Shown: positions 1 to 8,900 of the stretch, in pieces
Position numbering within the stretch: the first letter of the stretch is position 1
Layout of the letters: each line of letters starts with the position of its first letter
NCBI GenBank assembly: GCA_001179505.1
Contig: CDMY01000803.1
Span: forward strand, 1-19,089
Origin: Vitrella brassicaformis CCMP3155
Lineage: Eukaryota; Protista; Chromerida
Direction: 5' to 3'
Length of the DNA: 19,089 nucleotides
The notes under the pieces: generated by a model
Database searches by the model: none
Told to the model about the DNA's origin: nothing
The model's input: the letters and a program-made list of their open reading frames with translations, nothing else
Program-made: the position numbers and the translations under genes

Positions 1-1
1 A

Positions 2-73
2 TGCCTCCGCTGCCTGCTGAGGACATACACCCACCAAAACGGACACCGCTGCCCGCAATGCCGCGCTCACTTC
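2..73 (+). other. C-terminal half of a RING-type zinc finger (ORF starts upstream of window)
   Basis: Translation from base 2: CLRCLLRTYTHQNGHRCPQCRAHF = C-x2-C-x12-C-P-x-C-R, in frame with ORF 83..973. Confidence 0.7.
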
Positions 74-1041
74 GCCTTCGAGGTGCTCGAGGAAGCCGTA
101 GGAGGTGAAGGGACCCTCCCGCTTCGCGCCCACATTATCGAGCACGTGGATCGCAACGCACCGAGGGCCGACGCAGCCGACGAGTACGATGCTGGCGAAG
201 CAGTCGAGGGCGGATGGCGCCCAGAAGAGGACGTGCTGTTGCTGCCAGGCACCGACAGACTGCTGCTCGAGCTGCCCCAACTCAATCGCAACCTGCGGCT
301 CGGCATCGAGGAGCCCCCACTGCGAGGCAGCATGGCGGAGATGGAGGAGGCGATGGCGAACGACCCAGAGCTCTACGGCCCAGCACGACAGGAGGAGCAA
401 GACGACGACTGGCGACCTTCGACAGAGCCGTTCCAGCCGCCCAGCGAGAACACGGAGCAGGCGGCGGCGAGGACGTGGGTCGACGTGGTCAATACCAGGA
501 GGGAGGCGGCCACACCGGCGGCAAGCGGGTCGTCAAATGGAGCGGCAAAGGCACCACAATCGAGGAGGCAAAACAACATCCGCCCGAGGACCAGCACCAG
601 GGCGTCCCGCGCCAATTTGTCCCTCACAACACGACGACAGGAGCGGCAGCATGGCAGAAGACAACGGCAAATATACCTCCCGAGAGGCTTTCAGCTCCCC
701 AGATCGGTGGCCTGGCGGCCTCAGCGCACCGGGGGCGGACAACCAGCCATGCGGTCGCCCAACCCGTTCCAAGCGCTGGAGACCATCGATGTAGAGGAGG
801 GAGACACAGATGAGACCGCCACACAAGGGCCCCAGCCGCGCAGCGGACAGCAGTGGCGGCCCGTCAGCCGGCCAGCCGCCCCGCCAGAGGCAACCGCTTC
901 CACTGAGCAGCCCGCCACCCAGCCACCCGCACCACCAGGGCCTACCAGAGGCGTCCGGCGGCCCGCCAGCTAACCAGCTGCCCGGCCAGAAGCCGTCGCA
1001 CCCACCCAACAGTCCGCTGCCCACCTGGACACACCACCGAG

Positions 1042-1194
1042 GACCAGCAGGAGCGCCTGGCGACCCGTGAGCCAGCAACGCGCCCCACAGCTCGCCTCAA
1101 GTAGCGTGCAAGACGGAGAAGCGCTTGAGGGCGAGTGCGAGTACATAGAGGGAGACTATCAATACGGGGAGGGGCAAGGGGACCAGGACGAGAG
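1042..1194 (+). repeat. 153-bp direct repeat, copy 1
   Basis: Aligns ungapped to 2257-2409 with 9 substitutions. Confidence 0.95.
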
Positions 1195-2256
1195 CCAAGA
1201 GAAGCGAGGCGGCTCACAGCAAGAAAGCCTCCTATCGGAATCGAACCCACACTCAATCCACCCTCGTGCTTCTCACTCAGGTGAGTGTCGGCATCGATCC
1301 CAACCCCCCGCGCAACACCCTTCGCCCCACACACGACAGGAGTGGCGCCCTATCACGCAGCCAGACGCACCACCACCGGTCCCCACACTCGTCTGGCGTC
1401 CCAGAACCCAGCGAAACGCCGCCCCAAGGCATGAGGCGGGCGTATGGATGCCGATGCAGAGAGGGGCGCCGCCAGGACAACCAGCACAGCCGCCGACACA
1501 CATATAGGTGGCAATCAGAGGTCGCCCACCAGGCCTGGCCCCACCATCCCAACAGCCCTCTCAACAGCCCTCTCAACCGTCCCACCGACCCCCCACGACC
1601 CCCTCAGCCGCCAACAAACGCAAACAACCATGCCAGCAACACGAGAGGGGGCAGAGGCGGCAGACGAGGCGGCAGAGGGTCAGGGAGAGGACGGGGGAGG
1701 GGGCGAGGCGGGGGGCGAGGGCGTGTCGCGCTGAGAGGAGGAGGCGGCGATGGCGGGGACCCCGACGAGCCAGGCGACGACACGGGTGGGGGCGGCGATG
1801 GGGGAGACCACAACGGGGGCGGCAGCCGCCGCGCCACATCAGCACGCGACGGCACGCGTGGTCCGACAAAGACGATCCCGGAGAGAGGGCTGGCGCTCCT
1901 GAGGAAGCGCACAGAGGAGCAGCACTCGACGCATGGGCATCTCGATGGAGGCAAGGATCCCCTTACAGGCAAGGATCGACCTGGCTGACGTGATGGAGGC
2001 GGCAGACATGCTGGTCAGCCCCGATGGCGATACCAACCAGCTGGACGACGGGTGCCTCTTGTTTCCGTACATCCCTTTGCTACTGCAGTTCCCAACCAAG
2101 AGAGGAGGGGCGGAAGGGAGGAGAAAGTGGGAGCGGAGATTTCGGCTGTTTTGGGAGGGGGAATGGGAGCTGCTGCTACGAGAGGGGGCCGATTTCGCAC
2201 CAAAGAGCACCGAGACGACACCGGCCATCCACCCCACACCCGCCCACCCCACCTAC

Positions 2257-2409
2257 GACCAGCAGGAGCGTCTGGCGACCCGTGAGCCAGCAACACGCCC
2301 CACAGCCCGCCTCAAGCAGCGTGCAAGAGGGAGAAGCGCCTGAGGGCGAGTGCGAGTACATGGAGGGAGACTATCAGTACGGGGAGGGGCAAGAGGACCA
2401 GGACGAGAG
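2257..2409 (+). repeat. 153-bp direct repeat, copy 2
   Basis: Aligns ungapped to 1042-1194. Retroelement-like sequence stops at its right end. Confidence 0.95.
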
Positions 2410-2956
2410 GATTGCAGGGGGTGGGTGGGCGGGCGTGCCTGGGTAGGTAGCGAATGCTTTGATCATTGCTGTCAATAGTTTGGATGCGAACATCTAACCG
2501 ACCGTCCCAGCGCATGGACACACGGACAATCTTACCCTTAACCACCACCACCACCTTCACAGGTAGACATGTAGATTGGAGCGCAGCGATGCGAAAACGG
2601 GCGCCCTTGCTATACATCAGCAACCTCGACACGGGGTATGTTCGTCGTGATTTTATTGACATCCAATGACACGCTAGCCGCACGCAGATTGCTTTTGATG
2701 CTCGTGTACATCAGTGAGGTGCCTGGCCGTCTGTCTGTCGACACAACAGGCAATGTGGGGAGAGACATGTGCAAGTAGGTAGTGTGCATGTATGGATGGT
2801 GAGCGGGACAGTGGTTGGTTGGTTAGTGTTTAACGAGACTCGTGTGACAGTCTGTAACCCCGGAGGGATCCTGTCATGGGACGCCGGATGGACTGTCAGC
2901 ATGTACCCATTTAAGCTCGCATCATTGGCCGATCGCTCTCCCCGCCGTCCAAGAAG

Positions 2957-5900
2957 ATGCAGGGTGTGTTAGTGTTCCTGGAGCTGTGGCTGGCCCTTCT
3001 TCCCATTCAAGCAGCACCTTCATCCCATCTCATCCACCGGGCACCTCGTCTGCTGCCAGAACGGGCTTTACAAGCCAACGAGAGCTACGATGGCAGCTGC
3101 ACGTGGACAGACTGCACCAAGTGGAACCTGCTCTCTTCCAATGTGAACTTCCGTTTGATCTTCCGGCCCACCGTCACTTCCACGGAAGTTCGGCCTCCCC
3201 AGTCGCTCATTCTGCCAGTGGACACGATTGATGAGCTCTCGAGCGCTGAGTGTGGACCGTGCGCTGCTGACGCTGATGCGTTCCGCCGGCTGACGCTGAA
3301 TACCGGCCTGGTGAACGAAACTGAGGCGGCAATCTTTGGGACGGACTTCTGCTCCGTGTCCTTCATCGTGTGTATTCGACTCCCAGATGGGGCTGAGGGG
3401 TACCTGATGCTGTTGTGGGATCAGATGGATCAGGTGGACCGATGGGCGGCGTCCCTTAGGAGAGAAGGGAAGACGGTGCCTTTTCCTTCTGAGGTGTATG
3501 AGCTGGAGGCCATTCTGGGTTTGTGGATTTGGAGTATCCCATTTGAGGGCCAGCTGACTGAGGACATTGGCAATTTAGCAACACTGCGGCTGCTCGCGTT
3601 AGAACATGTGCGCACAAAGAACGTCAACAGGGACACAAGGATCACATTCTCATGTCTCTATGTATGTGTCTCAGACACACATGTACGGGAGACTCCCCGC
3701 GTCGCTTGGCAATCTGACGTCTCTCAAGGTCCTATCCATTGTAGGCTCATTACAGGAGGTCACTTTCTCGGGACTGCTGCCCCCCGCGCGACTACAGTCC
3801 CTCGATTTTCTCTGGATCATGGACACTTCATTCGGGGGCTCGTTGGATGAGCTCGCCAATCTCACGCAACTCAAGTATGTCCATCTCCGGCGGCCTGGCC
3901 TACGGCTATCGCATGTTCCTTCCACCCTCGGCCCCAACCTGACGTCTCTTACACTCAGCGATGTCGGTTTGAGCGGCCCCTTGTCTGATGGGTTTGGATC
4001 GACCTGGCCGTATCTCTTGGGGCTAGACCTGTCGGACAATCAGGTCGGTCGAGATATCATGGAAAACAGAGCACTACCCTTGATGATCATGGCTGACTTG
4101 CTGTTGCAGCTCTCGGGGCCGCTCCCCTCAGCGCTTGACAACGCGATGAATCTAACTTACATCGAGCTTTGCTGCCAAGGGGGGACAAATGGAGGCTTTC
4201 AGGGCAGGCTTCCTGCTGAGTGGGGCTCACTCACAAAACTCGAGTTTCTCGATTTGGAACAAAACAATCTCACTGGCGCCATCCCTGAGCAGTGGGTCAA
4301 CTTATCGTCATTGCAGACGTTGAATTTGGGACACAATGGGCTCTCGGGGACTCTGGAAGCTCTCGGCATGCTTCGGAATCTCAAGGATTTGTATCTCAGC
4401 AACAACCAGGTCCGGTCGGTGAACTCACGCATCCACCGCTACTGGTCTGCTCCAGCCATTCTCTCTCACTTCTCTGTCTTTCTCTCCCTCTTCTTGTGTG
4501 TGTGTGTGTGTGTGTCTCTGTGTGTGTGTGTTTGTCTCTGTGTGTGTGTGTGTGTGTGTGATTTCGATGTAGTTCATAGGACAGGTGCCTGACGGGCTGG
4601 GGGAGTGCAGGAATTTGATGTTCTTCAGCGCTGCGTACAACCAAGTCGGTGGAGAGACGCCGAAGGAAATGGATGACCATTTACAGATGCTTTGTTGTTG
4701 CAGCTATCGGGGTCACTCCGCGCAGCACTTGGCAAGGCGACGGATATACGAGGAATCGAACTTTGCTGCCAAGAAGAGACGAATGGAGGCTTCGAAGGCA
4801 GCCTTCCTGCTGAGTGGGGCTCACTCACAAAACTGGAGTTTCTCAACTTGAGAGAGAACAATCTGACTGGCGCCATCCCCGAGCAGTGGGGTAACTTATC
4901 GTTATTGTGGGGGTTGGATTTGAGAACCAATCGGCTCTCGGGGACCCTCGACGCCATTGGCTGGCTTCCAAATCTCTGGGAATTAAGTCTTGGAAACAAT
5001 AGGTAAGAGCTCTGTTATCGTGAAGCGAGACATGTTATCCTTCAATTTCTTTCTACGCAGATTCACCGCCCTACCGCCCTCGCTTGAAAAATGGACACAG
5101 CTGGAAGAGCTTCACATGAACAGCAACTTACTAACTGGGATGCTGCCTGCTCTAAATCCCCTCGTGTCACTCAGAGTACTTGACCTTCGCTTTAATCGCA
5201 TTAACGGCTTTACTGGAAACGGTTCTCTTCCCGAAACGTAAGATAAATATTATGATACACATTGCGACAGTGATTGTGGCCCATTCAGGCTAGAAGTCCT
5301 TTATCTTCGGAACAATGCTCTTCGCTCTATTCCAGAGGCATGGTCTCGTCTGCCAGCTGTGAAACTTATAGATTTGGGAGGCAACAGCATAGATTCACGC
5401 GGCTGGCCGGGATGGTTTCAGACACCAAAGGGATACTGTGACAGCTACAATCAATGTAGGCAAGTAAAGTGCATATTATCTGCATTTGTGCTCTTTGTTA
5501 CTAGTGACATGTCCTGAAGCTAAAACAATGCTATCCGCACAAGATCCTCCCTTCTGTACGATACGGATGTGCGTAGACTGTGTGGTCACACTGCTTTTTC
5601 ACGTCGTCTTCAGGGCCTCTTGTAGATACGCTATACTTCTCTTACAACCCTCTAGAGATCGATGTCATTCACTTTCTACAGCCATTTCGAGCGTTGCCGA
5701 GGCAAGTACGGGGGCACACTGGATCTATGAATTGAGTACGCAAGTGTGTGTGTATGTGTGCAGTCTGACGTATCTCAGCTGCGAGAACTGTCAGTTATTT
5801 GGCGCCATAACCGATGACGCTCTCTGTCATTTCAAGATAGAGGAGCTACGAAAGTGGCTTAGCAAGCCCTCTGAGGTATTTGCAAGCACAGTATGTGCTT

Positions 5901-8900
5901 TGTATGTCAACTCTTACTATCTTCGGCGCCTGTGCAGGAGCAATATGGTGTTTATCCAACAGACAGTTTTGCGGGTCTCTCAAAAGGCGGCACTTTGGAA
6001 CTGAACTCAAACAATATCTCGATCGTCTCAATTCGCCGCCCAGCCTTCAATGATAAGCCATACGGATGGCTTTCGAGCCCTTCGAGGCTCGCTGCTTCTG
6101 TGTGGTTACGGAACAACACGCTTGAAAAGTTTGAGATGTCGGTTCCTCACGATGAATGGCCGAGAAAGTTGGACTTAAGGGTGAATTCTCTTTTGAGCTT
6201 GTATGTTAACACGGTTAAAATCACGGTAAGAATGATTGAGTTGTTGGAAGCTGTTAATGAATAAATTGTTGCGTGTTTGTTCCAGGGATGCTATGGATTA
6301 CTCAGTAATGATAGTTTGCGTTCTCAACTGCGGGATTCCCCTCCGCTTGTCCGTGACCCAAGCTGGGATCCTTCAAACCGTAAGCAGGCAGATTTCGTGC
6401 ACCAATATGCACACAAGAGCGAGGGCTATATGAAATCAATGTAGCCCTCACTCTAATATGAATTCTTTCCTCTTCCTTCTATATGTTTCCTCTTCCTTCA
6501 TATAGAAGGAAGAGGATTTCAATGTACAAAATTGTGCCGTACGCTAAATGATATAACATACGACATACGGGTGAGCAACTGCACGTATAGCGCACTCTTA
6601 CTCATTCATGGATGTGCTATTAATATTGTCGCGTGAAGGTGGACGTTTCGGTGAACATCTCGGCTCTTTGTCGGTGCATCTCCGGTTATGCTGGTGAAGG
6701 GCAAAACTGCACCAAGTGCGAGGCAGGATCATTTTCTAATCACAATATCGGCACCTCTCAATGCCATCTCTGTCCCAGTGGATCCAGTGAGAGGAGACAG
6801 CGAAAAAGAAAGTCCAAAAAAGAGCTGTCACAATATCAGTTCACTCTCTGTCTTGCCTTTAGACTCTTCCGCCGGTGCCAGTACATGTACGTGCATTGAT
6901 GGCTATTTTAGAGACGGCACCGGCACGTGTCAGCCGAACTGTCTAAAGGGCTCTTCTCTGAATCCAGAGTCTGAATTATGCCAGCGGTGCCCTGCAGGTT
7001 AGCAGATTGTGCATCGGCTTTCACGAATGCAATGAGAAAAACAAGAAGGGACACAAAGCATGACGCGTTGCATTATTTGCAGGTCAGTATGGCGTCATAG
7101 AGTCGAAAAAGTCGGGAAAGGCAATTTGCAAAGAGTGTGGAGCGGATCTCAATTCGACAGAAGGCAGCTCAGGAGAGGATGCTTGCTATTGCACGAAGGG
7201 TTTTGTCAAGTACGTCGACTGGATGACAGGCAATGAGCAGAGCATAGTTACTGTCTCTATCTCTTGTTGGCAGAAACAGCAAGAAGCTCAAATGCGAGAA
7301 GTGTGCTGAGGGCATTGATTGCGACTCACCAATAGTGAATCGCTCTATGGTGCGCACACAGCAGGGATTCTACCTGCTCAGAGACACCAACGACACCGAA
7401 ACGACAACGTATGGGGGATTACGATATAGAGAGATGCAAGGCTTGTTGTCACGCTTGCTGTCATTGGATCCGCAGGTATGCTGCTGGACGCACAGAGTTG
7501 CCTGTGCTTATTTCTTGCCCGTTGAAGAAGGCTTGCCTGAGCACAGATGACGACACCGGACTCACCAAATGCGCGGTAGGCATCAAATCGCACTCAGAAA
7601 AATCGCCGGCTGCCTGACAGCTATCTGCCTCTGCTTTTTTCATCTCTCTCCCTTTCCCTGTGTGTAGGAGGGCCATCACGGCTTTGTATGTGGTTTGTGT
7701 GAGGATGGCTATGCGAGTCAGGGGCCACTGCAGCCGTGCCTCCGGTGTGCGTCGCTGGGCGTGAATATTCTCGCTGCTTCTGCACTGCTTTATGCGTCCT
7801 TTGCTCTTATATTTGGCTTGACATACCTTGCACAAAGGTACAGTAACGGTATTCACAGAGGTGTCACACATGGTGTTCTCTCGCGGGCAGTTCGGGCGCG
7901 AGGCCTAGAGACGATGTCCTCGCTGTGCTCTGCAAGCTGATTCTGAACCACATGACATCGGTACACGCATCAATCAGCTCTCTGATCGCCGGAAAATTGC
8001 TTGTCTCGGCAGATAAGCGTCTTGGCGATGCTGGTCTTTTCCATGTCTCACGACGACGAGCGGTTTTCGATTTGGGTGAAATCCTCATCGCGCCCGTTAA
8101 TGTGGGACGGGGGCTTGCCGCTCGCATACACCAGCTGGGACTGTATTATACGGCTTGTGCGAGATGATATGAGGGACACAGCTGTGCTGTGGAGGCATGC
8201 CGTGTGGATTGTTATCCCTCTATTGTGTCTCATTGTCATGCCCGTCATCGCCGCCGTGTTCACGTGGGTCACCAGATGCGCTAAGCGCTGCTGTCCCCAG
8301 AGTGTCACTCAGAGAGCACCGCTGCGGTTGGATACCATTCACATTCGGACCGGGTCTGTGGCTGACTGGTGCGCTAAAGTCAAGAAAGCCGTGGACCAGC
8401 GAGCGGAGCTGCTAATCGTCATACTGACCTTCATGCACCCTACGGTCACAAGGAACATGCTGATGCTGCTGCGGTGTCGGCCGTACCCGTCATTTGACGA
8501 AGCCAATACGGTCACGATGCGGATGCGGCCGGATGTGAACCCCAATTTGTTGTGCCACGAATGGCCTCACAAGCTCTTTTCCCTGATTGGCATAGCTGGT
8601 TTGGTTCTGTGGAGCCTCTCACCTGTAATTGCCGGCATTGTGTTGCTGCGCTATCTTCGTGAAAGTCTACACTCACCCAACATGCGCTTGGTATGCGAAG
8701 AACACCGAACATTGAAACACAGAATGCAGACGCATGGTTGTGTGCACGCCCCTGTGTGTGTGTGTGCGTCCTTCGTTTCCCCACATTGTCAGAGGTTCGG
8801 TTTTCTGTATCAGGTAAAAGAGTGCAGGTCAGGAATGCGTGCAATGATGCCAACACGTCCTGCTGCTGTCTCTCGCCAGGGATATAAACATGGATACGCC

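Larger units (their letters stand above)
2..2409 (+). mobile_element. Degenerate non-LTR retrotransposon-like element (RING finger, P/Q/RGG-rich linker, pre-RT segment; no RT domain in window)
   Basis: Frame +2 is open from base 2 and continues past single stops at 971-973 (TAA) and 1505-1507 (TAG). An RGG-rich stretch follows in another frame (~1640-1730). Then LLFPYIPLLLQFPTKRGGAEGRRKWERRFRLFWEGEWELLL (~2056-2178) resembles the 'LLL..P.RGG....RF..f..G.W..LL' segment upstream of RT in R2/CRE-type elements (family link from recall). No YADD/RT motifs follow. Confidence 0.55.
3490..6200 (+). other. LRR ectodomain region (plant-specific-like LxxLxLxxNxLxGxIP consensus)
   Basis: Examples: LTKLEFLDLEQNNLTGAIPEQW, LQTLNLGHNGLSGTL, LEELHMNSNLLTGMLP, LRVLDLRFNRI, LEVLYLRNNALRSIPEAW. 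Confidence 0.92.

Noticed and set aside
83-1993. TAA/TAG reassigned to Gln (ciliate-type genetic code), since in-frame stops sit in Q-rich context and the intact genes end in TGA
   Set aside because: The confidently modelled LRR-TM exons and the 459-codon gag have no in-frame TAA/TAG and encode Gln as CAA/CAG. One TAG faces CAG in a repeat partner, which points to mutation.
67-2446. Many overlapping ORFs on both strands
   Set aside because: Expected shadows of GC-rich, low-complexity coding sequence; no independent motifs.
2466-2669. 67-aa ORF upstream of the receptor gene
   Set aside because: Starts at TTG, has no recognisable motif and includes an ACC microsatellite.
3606-4592. 328-aa ORF as a stand-alone LRR gene
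   Set aside because: It reads through introns, including the TG microsatellite (CVCVCV); spliced exons restore the LRR consensus.
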